A stretch of DNA of 64,000 nucleotides from Candidatus Latescibacterota bacterium (GTDB taxonomy: Bacteria; Latescibacterota; UBA2968; GCA-2709665). Positions 9,893 through 20,199 of the stretch are shown one piece after another. The notes under the pieces are model-generated. The model saw only the letters and a program-made list of their open reading frames with translations. It was not told the DNA's origin and did not search any database. Within the stretch, counting starts at the first letter, position 1, and every line of letters begins with the position of its first letter. The position numbers were made by a program, and so were the translations under genes. The DNA lies in the NCBI GenBank assembly GCA_965248435.1, contig OZ252100.1, positions 3,744,001 through 3,808,000 of the forward strand, written 5' to 3'.

Positions 9893-10657
9893 ATGCCGAG
9901 ACGACTCGTTGACCTATCCCACCCCTTCGGTTTTGGCATGCCGGTCTGGCCGGGCAGCCCGGACCTCATCATCGAACGGACCGCCATGCCCCAGCACAAC
10001 GGCCAGACGAGCACGATGATCAAGCACTCCATGCATCTGGGAACGCACGTAGACGCTCCGATTCACGTGAACGAGAACGGGTGCTACATGGACGAGGTGC
10101 CTCTGGATACATATTACGGCACAGGTGTCGTGGTGAGTATTCCAAAGGACGATTGGGAATTGATCACCGCGGAGGATCTCGAAAATGCCCGGCCGGAGAT
10201 CCAGAAGGATGACATTGTCATCATCAACACAGGCTGGCACAAATACTGGGGAAACAACACCAAGTATTTCCAGTTCTCTCCAGGGATGTGGAAGGAGGCG
10301 GCAGACTGGTTCGTCGAGAAGGGCGTGAAGTGTGTCGGACACGACACCCAGGCGAACGACATCTTCCTGTGCACGAAGGGTCCGGACCGAACGCCCTGGA
10401 TCTATGACAAGTATAAAGAGAGGACAGGACGAGATTTGCTGGACGATTTCCCGAAACAGTTCAACCCCCCCGAACATCCCTCGCAGGAGTATGCCCACAA
10501 CAAGATGCTGATGAACGGCATCGGGCTGATCGAGAACGTGGGCGGGGATATCGACGAGGTGACCGGGATGCGGGTCACGATCGCGTCCTTTCCGATCCGC
10601 TACTGGATGGGTGACGGTTCGCTCGCGAGAGTCGTGGCCATCGTAGAAGAGGATTAG
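9893..10657 (+). CDS. cyclase family metal-dependent hydrolase (kynurenine formamidase KynB-like)
   Basis: HLGTHVDAPIH, IINTGW, GHDT, IENV, GDGSLAR. Confidence 0.9.
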   Translation: MPRRLVDLSHPFGFGMPVWPGSPDLIIERTAMPQHNGQTSTMIKHSMHLGTHVDAPIHVNENGCYMDEVPLDTYYGTGVVVSIPKDDWELITAEDLENARPEIQKDDIVIINTGWHKYWGNNTKYFQFSPGMWKEAADWFVEKGVKCVGHDTQANDIFLCTKGPDRTPWIYDKYKERTGRDLLDDFPKQFNPPEHPSQEYAHNKMLMNGIGLIENVGGDIDEVTGMRVTIASFPIRYWMGDGSLARVVAIVEED

Positions 10658-10658
10658 C

Positions 10659-11615
10659 GTGGCATCTTCGGACATCAAGAAGACGCTCGTGGTCGGGGCA
10701 GGAACGATGGGCCACGGGCTGGCGCAGGTGTTCGCTTCGGGAGGATGCGCCGTCCGGCTCGTCGACGTGCGTAAGTCGATCCTGGAGGGAGCGTTTGGCC
10801 AGATCCGGTCGAATCTGGAGATGATGGTCGACGCGGAGGTCCTGGCGTCGGAGGAGATCGATCCGATCCTCGAACGGATCGAGACGAGCACGGACCTGGA
10901 GGCCTCTGCCGGCGATGTCGACCTTGCGATCGAAGCCGTCCCTGAAGATGTGGACATCAAGCGGGATCTGTTCAACCGTTTGGACGAGGTTTGTCCGGCA
11001 GATACGATCCTGCTTTCGAATACCTCCAGCCTGAACGTGTTCGAGATCGTCCGTGTAAGCCATCCCGAGCGGTTTTGCATCGCGCACTGGTACGCGCCGC
11101 CCTACATCATTCCCCTTGTGGATGTGGTCAAAGGTCCGGAGACTTCGGATGAAACGGTCGACCGCGTCACCCGGCTGCTCACACGTCTGGGCAAGAAGCC
11201 GGTTGTGCTCGAAGAGTTCATCCAGTGCTACCTGGTGAACCGGCTCCAGATCGCGATCGGCCGAGAAGTACACGCGCTTCTGGACAATGGACTGGCGACA
11301 CCGGAACAATTGGACGAGGCGGTGAAGGCCTCCTTGGCTCCGCGGATGGCGGTTGTGGGCGTGGTCCAGCGCCACGATTTCACCGGTCTGGACGTGAGCC
11401 TGGCGATCCAGAAGGAGATGGCCGACAAGCTTTCAGGCGTGCCGACTTACAAGACGATGCAGAGACTCGTTGATGAGGGACACATGGGGGTCAAGAACGG
11501 AAAGGGGTTCTACGACTACAGCGGCAAGACGCCGCAGGAGGTTCTCAAGGCCCGGGACCTGGCGCTTCTCAAGATCTTCAAAGAGACGGCCAGCGTAGGA
11601 TCGGACCCGACGTGA
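10659..11615 (+). CDS. 3-hydroxyacyl-CoA dehydrogenase family oxidoreductase
   Basis: GAGTMG, IEAVPE, SNTSSL, GVKNGKGFYDY. Confidence 0.9.
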   Translation: MASSDIKKTLVVGAGTMGHGLAQVFASGGCAVRLVDVRKSILEGAFGQIRSNLEMMVDAEVLASEEIDPILERIETSTDLEASAGDVDLAIEAVPEDVDIKRDLFNRLDEVCPADTILLSNTSSLNVFEIVRVSHPERFCIAHWYAPPYIIPLVDVVKGPETSDETVDRVTRLLTRLGKKPVVLEEFIQCYLVNRLQIAIGREVHALLDNGLATPEQLDEAVKASLAPRMAVVGVVQRHDFTGLDVSLAIQKEMADKLSGVPTYKTMQRLVDEGHMGVKNGKGFYDYSGKTPQEVLKARDLALLKIFKETASVGSDPT

Positions 11616-12547
11616 AGCTCGTGACCTTCATAGATGAACAATCCCGGACGTGTCTCGGGGCGCTGGACGCTTCCGGGCGGGCGCTTGACCTGACAGCGGC
11701 AGCGGCGGCGTCGAACGTGAGTGACGGAGACTTCGCAGCGGATATGCTGGCGTTGATCGACGCTGGAGATATGGGTCTCGAGTCCGCCAGGGCGGTGTTT
11801 GACTTTGCTGCAGAGCATTCCGACGCGTCCTACTGGCACGAAGCGAAGGACGTTAGGCTTCTGCCGCCGCTCCCGCGACCGAGGTCTTTCCGCGACTTCT
11901 GGATCTTCGAGCAGCACGTGCAGACGGCGTGGAAGCTTCGCGGAGAGCCACTGCCCGAGGTCTGGCACGAGATGCCGACCTATTACAAGGGTAACGCCCT
12001 GGCGATGATCGGCCCGGAGGAAGACCTGATCTGGCCCTCCTATACCGAGAAGCTGGACTACGAGCTGGAGATGGGGATCATCATCGGCAAAGGGGGGCGA
12101 GATATTCCCGCGGAGCGGGGTGAAGGCCACATCTTCGGCTACACGGTGTTGAACGACTGGAGTGCGCGGGACATCCAGCGCAAGGAGATGGCGTGCAAGC
12201 TCGGACCGGCCAAAGGGAAGGATTTCGCGACGTCGATCGGACCCTGCATCGTGACGGCTGACGAGGTGGACCCCTACGACCTGCGCATGACGGCCCGGAT
12301 CAACGGCGAGACCTGGTCCGACAATCACTCTGGTACATCCTACTGGAGATTCGGCCAGCTGATCGCCCACGTCTCGATGGGTGAGACGATCCACCCCGGC
12401 GAGCTGTTCGGCAGCGGCACGGTGGGCGGCGGCTGTGGTCTGGAACTGAACCGCTGGTTGCAGCCGGGTGACGTTGTCGAGCTGGAGATCGAGCAGATCG
12501 GGGTGCTTCGGAACCGCGTCGTGAAGAAGGAGGATGGTGCTCCATGA
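11612..12547 (+). CDS. fumarylacetoacetate hydrolase family protein
   Basis: RDF, LDYELE, NDWSARDIQ, KGKDF, GSGT. Confidence 0.92.
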   Translation: MKLVTFIDEQSRTCLGALDASGRALDLTAAAAASNVSDGDFAADMLALIDAGDMGLESARAVFDFAAEHSDASYWHEAKDVRLLPPLPRPRSFRDFWIFEQHVQTAWKLRGEPLPEVWHEMPTYYKGNALAMIGPEEDLIWPSYTEKLDYELEMGIIIGKGGRDIPAERGEGHIFGYTVLNDWSARDIQRKEMACKLGPAKGKDFATSIGPCIVTADEVDPYDLRMTARINGETWSDNHSGTSYWRFGQLIAHVSMGETIHPGELFGSGTVGGGCGLELNRWLQPGDVVELEIEQIGVLRNRVVKKEDGAP

Positions 12548-13332
12548 GACTGAAGGAAAAGGTGGCCATCGTGACCGGTGCGGGGAGCGGGATCGGCAGA
12601 GCGATTGCGATTCGGTTCGCGGAAGAGGGGGCGGACGTCGCCATTCCTGACATCGATGAGGAAGGCGCGGAGAAAACGGCAGAGTCGATCCGCGAACTCG
12701 GACGCCGGGTAGTTGTGACAAAGACGGATGTCTCTCGCTCGAAGGAGGTGCAGGCCTCTATCGCGAAGACGATCGAGACGTTCGGTCAGATCGACATCGT
12801 GGTCAACAACGCCGGGATCAACATCTACAAGTTTCCGAACGAATTCACGGATGAAGACTGGCACAAGGTGATCGGCGTCAACCTGAACGGGGTCTGGTTT
12901 TACTGCCGCTACGTGCTGGACCATTTCCTGGAGCGGGGGCAGGGGAACATCGTGAACATCGCCTCGATCGGCGCCATCCAGTCCTCCCACCTTCGCGAGC
13001 CGTATATGGCCAGCAAGGGGGGCGTGGCCGCGCTGACGCGGACGCTGGCGATCGACCTGGCGGACCGGAACATTCGCGTGAATGCCGTGGCACCGGGGAT
13101 GACGGAGACCGAAATGACCTCCTGGCGGGTCGATGGCGACCAGTATGCCCTGGGGAATTACCTGGCGCCCATGGGGCGATGGGGATTGCCCCACGAAGCG
13201 GCGAACGCGGTGCTGTTCCTGGCCTCCGACGAATCCAGCTACATCACCGGACACGTCCTGGTCGGCGACGGGGGTTTGACAGCGGGCAACCCGATCGGCC
13301 GGCCCTTTCCCACCCCGCCCGCAGCGGAATGA
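12544..13332 (+). CDS. short-chain dehydrogenase/reductase (SDR)
   Basis: TGAGSGIG, NNAG, YMASK. Confidence 0.93.
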   Translation: MRLKEKVAIVTGAGSGIGRAIAIRFAEEGADVAIPDIDEEGAEKTAESIRELGRRVVVTKTDVSRSKEVQASIAKTIETFGQIDIVVNNAGINIYKFPNEFTDEDWHKVIGVNLNGVWFYCRYVLDHFLERGQGNIVNIASIGAIQSSHLREPYMASKGGVAALTRTLAIDLADRNIRVNAVAPGMTETEMTSWRVDGDQYALGNYLAPMGRWGLPHEAANAVLFLASDESSYITGHVLVGDGGLTAGNPIGRPFPTPPAAE

Positions 13333-13335
13333 CGA

Positions 13336-14952
13336 ATGCCGCGTCTAACCGGGGGTCAGGCGGTTGTCCAAACGCTCTTCGCGGAAGGGGTGGATACCGT
13401 CTTCGGGATTCCGGGCAGCCACTCTCTGTCGATCTATGACGCGCTGCTGGATACACCGGAGATTCGCCACGTCCTGGTCCGCCACGAGCAGGGCGCCGCA
13501 TTCATGGCCGACGGCTACTCCCGGTCGACCGGCAGGCTCGGTGTCTGTCTGACGACGACCGGGCCGGCCGCACTGAATACGTTTGCGGCACTCGCCACGT
13601 CCTACGGCGATTCCTGCCCCGTCCTGCTGCTTTGCACGCAGATTCCCTCGGACTATATCGACCAGGGCAAAGGCGTCTATCACGAAGTGCCGGACCAGCT
13701 GGGCATGCTGGAGCGAGTGACTGCCTTCAGCGCGAGAGCGACGCGTGTCGCTGAGATCGTCCCAAAGCTGCAGGAGGCGATTCGCTGCGCGACGTCCGGT
13801 CGCCAGCGGCCCGTGGCATTGGAACTGCCCGTGGATGTCCTGGACGCCGCGGGCGAAGTCGTGATCCCTGAAGCCTCGCGGCCGTTACGACAAGCACCCG
13901 GCGGGGATGAAATCGCCAAAGCGGCTGGCCTGATCGGACAGTCAGAGCGCCCGATCATCTGGGCCGGCGGCGGCGTCGTGAGCAGCGGGGCCTGCGCCGA
14001 GCTGGCCCACCTCGCGGAAACGCTCCAGGCCCCTGTCCTCACGACGAATCTGGGGAAGGGGGCACTGCCCGCCGATCATCCCCTGCATCTCGGAAACCTG
14101 AGCGGGCAAGCTCCCGTACGCGACTACCTCAAAGGCTGCGACCTGCTGGTGGCCGTCGGGACGCGATTTTCGTATCTGGGCACCGATAGGTGGACGCTGC
14201 AGCTTCCGGAATCGATCATCCACATCGATATCGACGTGGAGATGATCGGAAGGAACTACCCGGCGTCGCTTGGCCTCGTCGGCGACGCGGCGGCGACGCT
14301 CGAAGCGCTCACCGGTCAGCTATCAAGCGATCCACCGCCTCGGGAAGGCCGCCAGGATGAGGTCGCCGACCTGAAGGCGCAGGTCCAGAGAACCTGGCAG
14401 GCGGAACTTCCGGTTGAATATCAACTGATCCAGGACATCCGCTCCGCGCTCCCGCGAGATACGATTCTGGCGATGGATGCGACGGTGTGCACCAACCTGG
14501 GCTGGCAGATGCTGGATATCTATGAGCCGCGTACCTATCTCTACCCGATGGGCGGCTGCACGCTTGGCTACGGTCTTCCCGCGGCGCTGGGGGCCAAGAT
14601 CGCCCACCCGGACCGACCGGTGGTCGCTATCTGTGGAGATGGGGGATTCATGCTGACCTGTCAGGAACTGGCGACCGCTGTGCAGTATGGTCTCAACGTG
14701 GTGACGGTGGTGTGTGACGACGGCGGCTACGGCATCCTGCGCGTTCAGCAGGATGATCGGTTCGGTCGCAGGAGTGAGGTGGATCTCGTGAATCCCGACT
14801 TCGTGGCCCTGGCAAAGGCGTTTGGCGCAGAAGCGGTTCGGGTCGAGCGGCTCGATGGGATAAAACCGGCGCTCGAGTCGGCCCTCGAGAACGAAGGACC
14901 GACGTTGATCGAAATGAAGGTGGAACTAGGGCTGCAGAAGATCACCGCGTGA
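13336..14952 (+). CDS. thiamine diphosphate-binding enzyme (acetolactate synthase-like)
   Basis: FGIPG, RHEQGAAFMADGY, GDGGF...DDGGYG. Confidence 0.92.
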   Translation: MPRLTGGQAVVQTLFAEGVDTVFGIPGSHSLSIYDALLDTPEIRHVLVRHEQGAAFMADGYSRSTGRLGVCLTTTGPAALNTFAALATSYGDSCPVLLLCTQIPSDYIDQGKGVYHEVPDQLGMLERVTAFSARATRVAEIVPKLQEAIRCATSGRQRPVALELPVDVLDAAGEVVIPEASRPLRQAPGGDEIAKAAGLIGQSERPIIWAGGGVVSSGACAELAHLAETLQAPVLTTNLGKGALPADHPLHLGNLSGQAPVRDYLKGCDLLVAVGTRFSYLGTDRWTLQLPESIIHIDIDVEMIGRNYPASLGLVGDAAATLEALTGQLSSDPPPREGRQDEVADLKAQVQRTWQAELPVEYQLIQDIRSALPRDTILAMDATVCTNLGWQMLDIYEPRTYLYPMGGCTLGYGLPAALGAKIAHPDRPVVAICGDGGFMLTCQELATAVQYGLNVVTVVCDDGGYGILRVQQDDRFGRRSEVDLVNPDFVALAKAFGAEAVRVERLDGIKPALESALENEGPTLIEMKVELGLQKITA

Positions 14953-14955
14953 AAG

Positions 14956-15054
14956 ACCGGGTACCGGGATAGGTAGATAGGTTACAGAGACCTGACGGTT
15001 TGGGGGCGACGCCTGCGTCGCCCAGAGAAATCAAAACACGGGAACCGGGTACCG
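14956..15054 (+). repeat. GGTACC-pair repeat, long form
   Basis: Matches 887-980. Confidence 0.9.
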
Positions 15055-15185
15055 TGAGACCGTCATTCGTCGATCGTCGTTCGAGGAAAAAGCGATGCCC
15101 CAACCCTCGGCAAGCTCGGGGCATGTTTTTTTTCGAAGGCAGGACATTGCTCATTTGCTAAACTATACTAATCCATAAATGAATA

Positions 15186-15221
15186 CTTCCCCCTTTGGAA
15201 AAGGGGGATTGAGGGGGATTT
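15186..15221. repeat. CCCCCTTT-N-AAAGGGGG palindrome repeat, uninterrupted copy
   Basis: cttccccctttggaaaagggggattgagggggattt; same family at 41072, 43961, 45779, 55194 and 56599. Confidence 0.8.
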
Positions 15222-15290
15222 TCTTTTCAGGGACTGGCTATCTGGGCGTTCACAGCAGGGGCGAAAAGGGCGCTGAAAGGAGCGATCGTT

Positions 15291-16100
15291 ATGCTTACCC
15301 AGGAACAGATTACTCACTTCGAGACGTTCGGCTTCATCGTCCTGCGGGGCCTGTTTTCATCCGAGGAGATGGAGGCGATCAGAGAGGAGTTCAACGAAGT
15401 CCTGGATGAAGACCGGCAGGGCGAGCCGTTCAAGGGGGATCATCGGCAGCAGGTGATCGGCTGTATCGAGATGCGGCCGGCGATGATGGGGATCGTAGAT
15501 GACGACCGGATCTACGAGCCGCTCGAACAGCTGCTGGGCCCGGATTTCATCTTCTGGGGATCGGACGGCGACCTGTTCGTGGGCGACAAGGTCTACCACC
15601 CGGATGGATCGCCCAGGAATCAGGCGGAATTCGAATACATGCGAATCAAGGTCGGGTTCTACCTGGATCCACTGCGGAAGGATACGGGTTGTCTGCGAGT
15701 GGTCCCCGGCTCCCACAGGAAGCCGCTTCACGACGCGCTGATGCCACAGCTCCACCGACCGAAGGGGAGCGCCTCGCCGTTTGGCGTCGAAGGTCGTGAC
15801 CTGCCCGCCTTTCCCTTGGAGACCGAGCCGGAGGACGTGATCTTTTTCGACCAGAATACGTGGCACGGGTCGTTCGGCGGAGGCACCGGTCGGCGCATGC
15901 TGGCCCTGAGCTATTTCGCCGATCCCACGACAGAGGACCACATTGAATACCTGCGATGGAATTACGAGAACGCGTTCGATCATATCCGGGGGTCGTCTTT
16001 CACGCAGAAGGACTACGTACACGAAGCGGCGTTTCTGGAGAGCGATCGACCGCGCATCAAGAGTATGATGGCGAAGCAGAAGGAGCTTGGGTTCAAGTAA
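15291..16100 (+). CDS. phytanoyl-CoA dioxygenase (PhyH) family Fe(II)/2-oxoglutarate oxygenase
   Basis: FETFGF, HPD, GCLRVVPGSH, WHGS. Confidence 0.9.
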   Translation: MLTQEQITHFETFGFIVLRGLFSSEEMEAIREEFNEVLDEDRQGEPFKGDHRQQVIGCIEMRPAMMGIVDDDRIYEPLEQLLGPDFIFWGSDGDLFVGDKVYHPDGSPRNQAEFEYMRIKVGFYLDPLRKDTGCLRVVPGSHRKPLHDALMPQLHRPKGSASPFGVEGRDLPAFPLETEPEDVIFFDQNTWHGSFGGGTGRRMLALSYFADPTTEDHIEYLRWNYENAFDHIRGSSFTQKDYVHEAAFLESDRPRIKSMMAKQKELGFK

Positions 16101-16106
16101 GTTGAT

Positions 16107-16140
16107 CGGGTACCGGGAAAGCAAAACACGGGTACCGGGG
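16107..16140 (+). repeat. GGTACC-pair repeat, short form (also 17155, 20225, 32601, 33797, 36510, 39220, 45699, 63328)
   Basis: cgggtaccgggaaa(g/t/c)caaaacacgggtaccg shortly after stop codons. Confidence 0.9.
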
Positions 16141-16161
16141 GTTCGGGTATCGTTTGTAACC

Positions 16162-16190
16162 GTAGAGACGCCCCGCCGGGGCGTCTCTAC
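16162..16190. repeat. perfect GTAG...CTAC REP hairpin
   Basis: gtagagacgcccc-gcc-ggggcgtctctac, 13-bp perfect stem. Confidence 0.8.
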
Positions 16191-16202
16191 AAGCATGGAG
16201 GA

Positions 16203-17150
16203 ATGGCCGTTATGTTGACACAGGAGCAACTCGCGCACTACAGGACGTTCGGATTTGTGATCCTGAAGGGTTTGTTCACGCAGGAAGAGGTGGAGGTGAT
16301 AAACGCCGAGTTCGAGCGCGCGGCTGAGCGCGTTTCGACCTATGACAAATTCGACGGCAGCAAGCGGCAGGGGTTCTATTTCCGGGTCCAGGACGGGCCC
16401 TTTCTTGCAGGGCTATCGGAAGACCCGAGGTTCGTGGGCGCGGCCGAGCAGATGTTCGGAGAGGATGTCTTTGCCATCGGGCCGTGCAGCGTGATGCGTT
16501 TCGTAAACCCCGGGACCAAGTGGCATCCAGACACGGTTAACATCAACCAGTCTGGCGTGAGCTTCCTGTTCTATCTCCAGCCGGTCCGGTCGGACAGGGG
16601 CGCGCTTCGCGTGATTCCGGGTTCGCACATGAACCCCTGGCACGACGAGCTGCGGGACGTGAGGGCGAAACAGAAACTGGGAGGTGAGCACCCGATCAAA
16701 CGGGCGCTCGGGGGTGTGCCGGGTATCCCCGCTTACGCTTGCGAGGCGGATCCTGGCGATGCCGTGGCCTTTGACGTTCGGCTCTGGCACGCCAGCTGGG
16801 GCGGTTTCGTAGACCGGAGGATGTGTCGCGTCGGGTTCTACAAGTACCCGGAGACGGACGCGGAGTTGGAGGCCACCCGCTGGCAGCTGATCATCAACGA
16901 ACCGAAGGAGAACGCGGCGTGGGACGATCCCGATGTCTTCCCTGGGAGCTGGCATTCTAACCCGGACACGAACCCCAAGCGGGCACGTTGGCTTGAGCAG
17001 ATGCAGGAGATCAAGGGGGCAAAAACGAGCCTGCGGGCGGAGATGACCGGTATGGACAGCACGCTTGTTCCGGATTCCGATCAGGCGATCTACACCAAGG
17101 ATCAGATCGAGGAAGCGGTGGCTAATGTGCCTATCTATAGAGAATCGTGA
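16203..17150 (+). CDS. PhyH family dioxygenase
   Basis: YRTFGF, WHPD, GALRVIPGSH, LWHAS. Confidence 0.9.
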   Translation: MAVMLTQEQLAHYRTFGFVILKGLFTQEEVEVINAEFERAAERVSTYDKFDGSKRQGFYFRVQDGPFLAGLSEDPRFVGAAEQMFGEDVFAIGPCSVMRFVNPGTKWHPDTVNINQSGVSFLFYLQPVRSDRGALRVIPGSHMNPWHDELRDVRAKQKLGGEHPIKRALGGVPGIPAYACEADPGDAVAFDVRLWHASWGGFVDRRMCRVGFYKYPETDAELEATRWQLIINEPKENAAWDDPDVFPGSWHSNPDTNPKRARWLEQMQEIKGAKTSLRAEMTGMDSTLVPDSDQAIYTKDQIEEAVANVPIYRES

Positions 17151-17293
17151 ATCGCGGGTACCGGGAAATCAAAACACGGGTACCGGGTACCGCAAAACCG
17201 TGGATCGTCGTTCGTGGATCGTCGTTCGTCATATCATAAGTCAGGGACCGGATAGCCTGATTCATTGCCCCGAGATACGAGATACGAGATACG

Positions 17294-18070
17294 ATGAAAC
17301 GTCTCAAGGATAAGGTTGCTCTGATTACCGGCGGCGGTGCCGGCATCGGACAGGCCACCGCGATGGCCTTCGCGAGGGAAGGGGCGAGGGTGGTTGTGGT
17401 GGACGTCGATGCGGAGAGCGGTTCGAAGGTGGCCGAACAGATCCAGGGGCAGGGTGGGAACGCGCTGGCTGTAGAGGGGGATGTGACAGCCGAGGCGGAT
17501 GTTCAACGGGCCGTGGAGGCGACACGGTCCGAGTACGGGCGAGTGGATGTGCTGGACAACAACGCGGGGATGTGTGTGCTCAAGCCTCTCCTGGAGACGA
17601 CCGAGGCGGATTTCGATCGCGTGATGAAGCTGAATGTCCTGGCGATCCTGCTCGTGTGTAAGCAAGCGATTCCGCTGATGATCGAGGGCGGGGGCGGCGC
17701 GATCATCAACATCGCCTCACTCACTGCACTGCGCGTTCGTCCCGACATGCCCCTTTACGCGGCCTCGAAGGGGGCTGTTACCGCGCTCACCCGGTCGCTG
17801 GCGATCGACTTCGCCAAGGATGGGATTCGCGCCAACGCGATCTGCCCGATCGCGACCGATACCCCGATGCTTGAGCGCTATTACGCGTCGACCGAAGACG
17901 GGGAAGCCAAACGCAGCGCGAACGCCGCTGCCATCCCCCTCGGGCGGCTCGGTCGGCCTGAAGATACCGCCGAGCTGGCGGTCTACCTCGCTTCTGATGA
18001 GTCTCAATACGTCAGCGGTCAGACGATCGCCGTTGATGGCGGATCCACGGCGGGGACGACGCTGACCTAA
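17294..18070 (+). CDS. short-chain dehydrogenase/reductase (SDR)
   Basis: TGGGAGIG, NNAG, YAASK. Confidence 0.93.
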   Translation: MKRLKDKVALITGGGAGIGQATAMAFAREGARVVVVDVDAESGSKVAEQIQGQGGNALAVEGDVTAEADVQRAVEATRSEYGRVDVLDNNAGMCVLKPLLETTEADFDRVMKLNVLAILLVCKQAIPLMIEGGGGAIINIASLTALRVRPDMPLYAASKGAVTALTRSLAIDFAKDGIRANAICPIATDTPMLERYYASTEDGEAKRSANAAAIPLGRLGRPEDTAELAVYLASDESQYVSGQTIAVDGGSTAGTTLT

Positions 18071-18104
18071 GGGTTGGTAGAGAAGGACACCGTGATCAGA
18101 TTGA

Positions 18105-18177
18105 TCGCCGTCTGGAGACGGCTCCTACCGAATGAACCTGAAAATTGTATCTGGTAGGAGCCAACTCCTGTTGGCGA
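18105..18177. repeat. pair of RAYT-type GTAG REPs
   Basis: tcgccgtctggagacggctcctac and gtaggagccaactcctgttggcga resemble the REPs flanking the RAYT at 8623 and 9292. Confidence 0.8.
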
Positions 18178-18288
18178 ACAAGTGGATGACGGTGTGGTGC
18201 TCACCGTTATAGTGGCCAAACTCCCGTTGATCGACCTAGCAGCCAACTGCAGCCGAACTGTCGGTGGCACATATTTTGCCCGGTTCCA

Positions 18289-18847
18289 CAGCGTGGAAAT
18301 GAATTTCCACGCTGGAACAGCGCGAAGTCCGGACGAGCCGGACTGTTCATGGAACCATCGTTTTAATGTCAAAGGCTCACACAAAACTATTTTTTCACCT
18401 AACATGGGCGACCTGGAGACGCCATCCATTCGTTGTTGAGGACGTCCAGGAGAGGCTCTATAGATACGTTGTTCGTAAATGCGAGGAATACGGTTATCAG
18501 CTCTTTGCGGTAAACGGGATGGAGGATCACCTGCATATCGTCATAAGGTTGCAGCCTTATGTATCCGTATCCGAAGCAGTTCGCAAACTGAAAGGGTCCA
18601 CGTCTCATTTCTGTAATCGCCAGTTGGGTCTTGAAACAATTTTCAGATGGCAACAGGGATATGGTGCACTAACTTTCGGAAAGCAGGATCTCAAGAAGGT
18701 CGTCGCCTACGTTCAGAGGCAGAAGCAACACCACAGGAAAGACGAGATCGATCTCGCTATTGAAAGTATCGATTTAGAATAGCCTACAATGAGTCCGACC
18801 CGGGAGGACTTCCCGCCTTTGGCGCGCGGGAATTCATTCCCGCGCTG
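18289..18847 (+). mobile_element. IS200/IS605-family TnpA element bounded by inverted double-hairpin ends
   Basis: Left cagcgtggaaatgaatttccacgctg...agtccggacgagccggact; right agtccgacccgggaggact...gcgcgggaattcattcccgcgctg. Confidence 0.8.
18366..18782 (+). CDS. tnpA: IS200/IS605-family Y1 HUH transposase
   Basis: FHLTWATWRR, EDHLH, KLKGSTS, WQQGYG, YVQRQKQHH. Confidence 0.92.
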   Translation: MSKAHTKLFFHLTWATWRRHPFVVEDVQERLYRYVVRKCEEYGYQLFAVNGMEDHLHIVIRLQPYVSVSEAVRKLKGSTSHFCNRQLGLETIFRWQQGYGALTFGKQDLKKVVAYVQRQKQHHRKDEIDLAIESIDLE

Positions 18848-18858
18848 AATTGCCCAAT

Positions 18859-18890
18859 AAAAAAGCCCACCCCGGTGGGCTTTACTTTTT
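18859..18890. terminator. intrinsic terminator, probably bidirectional
   Basis: aaaaaagcccac-cccg-gtgggctttacttttt. Confidence 0.7.
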
Positions 18891-18960
18891 CCAGCATTTC
18901 GATAGCTTTATTAAGAGAAATCAAGGTTTGCACAAGCCGGTGCAACACCGTGGGAATCCC

Positions 18961-20199
18961 ATGATCTTCCCGAAATCCCTCCTTCTACTCCCGATTCTGG
19001 CCTCTCTATACATTATGTCGTGCGGCAAGTCTGCCGACCTCGTGACGCCGGAGGAGGAATCCACCGGCCCGCTCCTGACGGAACTGGATCCGATCGCCCC
19101 TTCAGAGGGCAAATCGACGTTCGAGGGGATCGTCCCAATTGTCCAGGGTAAGTCTGAAGCGCTCAAAGTCGGGAGGATGAACGGGATCGTGCTGAGATCT
19201 CTGCTCCGCTTCCGGATGCCCGCCGATTCCCTGGCTCGCGCATCGGGCGGAGCCAACGCTCACGATCTTGTAATGATATCGCTCCAGATTCATCTCCGGA
19301 CCCACGCGGATGGTGGCGGTCGCGGCACCCCGGACCTGCAGGTCAGCCGCCCAGAAGGGGTCTGGGATGAAACAAGCAGTTTTGTGAGCGACCAGGATCC
19401 AACCACGCACGCTGAAATTCCAACTTCTGTGATCAGCCCAGCCGCTGTGACAGACTACGGAGACGGCAGCCTCACCGTCGACCTTCCCAGAGTGGTTCTG
19501 GACGACGCGCTGGATGCCGATGCGATCGCGCCCCTTGTTGAGGTGATGCTGCACCCGGCAGCCGGAGCGGAGTTTCTGACCGTGCTCACGTCGTCAGATG
19601 CCTCCGGGACGGAAACAGATGAGCTGCGCCCAAGGCTCGAGTTCGTGTTTACAGTTGGAGGAGAGGAACACCGCTTTGAGACCGATTCGGTGGAAGATAC
19701 TTACTGGGGTGCGCGCACAGACGACAGTGCAGAAACCGATCAGCTGATGGTGGCCTCCGACATACGATATGGATCTATCCTACGCTTTGATGTTCCAAAC
19801 CTGAATCTACGGGTCGTCCTTGCCGCGGCCCTGGAGTTTGAAGTGGACCCGGAGCTTTCCTTCTTCAACGCCTTTCCGTTTCAGATCGACCGCGTGGACG
19901 GCGTGGAAGCATCGGGGGTGTTCAGTTACACGACATACGACAGCAGCCGATTCTCGGCGGAGGGCCATACCGGAACCGTTCTCCTTGCTCTGGATCGGAC
20001 ACTGGTGAACGGATGGACGACCGGGGCCATACCGAATCACGGTGTGGCGTTGAGACCCCGGGATGACGCACAGCTGGCCTGGGTAGTGATCCGGAATCCG
20101 AGGCTCAAGGTGGTCTATGTGCTTCAGGATCAAGTCGGCGTCGTGAGTGTGCCGACGGGATTTGGTGCGGATGACGACGATTTCTCTGACGCCGGTTAA
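18961..20199 (+). CDS. hypothetical acidic lipoprotein (weak DNRLRE-like beta-sandwich character)
   Basis: Start moved to ATG 18961 gives signal peptide with lipobox IMSC; RSLLRF / SILRFD / NHGVAL / PRL segments. Confidence 0.65.
   Translation: MIFPKSLLLLPILASLYIMSCGKSADLVTPEEESTGPLLTELDPIAPSEGKSTFEGIVPIVQGKSEALKVGRMNGIVLRSLLRFRMPADSLARASGGANAHDLVMISLQIHLRTHADGGGRGTPDLQVSRPEGVWDETSSFVSDQDPTTHAEIPTSVISPAAVTDYGDGSLTVDLPRVVLDDALDADAIAPLVEVMLHPAAGAEFLTVLTSSDASGTETDELRPRLEFVFTVGGEEHRFETDSVEDTYWGARTDDSAETDQLMVASDIRYGSILRFDVPNLNLRVVLAAALEFEVDPELSFFNAFPFQIDRVDGVEASGVFSYTTYDSSRFSAEGHTGTVLLALDRTLVNGWTTGAIPNHGVALRPRDDAQLAWVVIRNPRLKVVYVLQDQVGVVSVPTGFGADDDDFSDAG

Noticed and set aside
18850-20199. ORF downstream of tnpA as TnpB/IscB nuclease
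   Set aside because: Acidic protein with a lipoprotein signal, no RuvC or zinc-finger motifs, and outside the right end and terminator.
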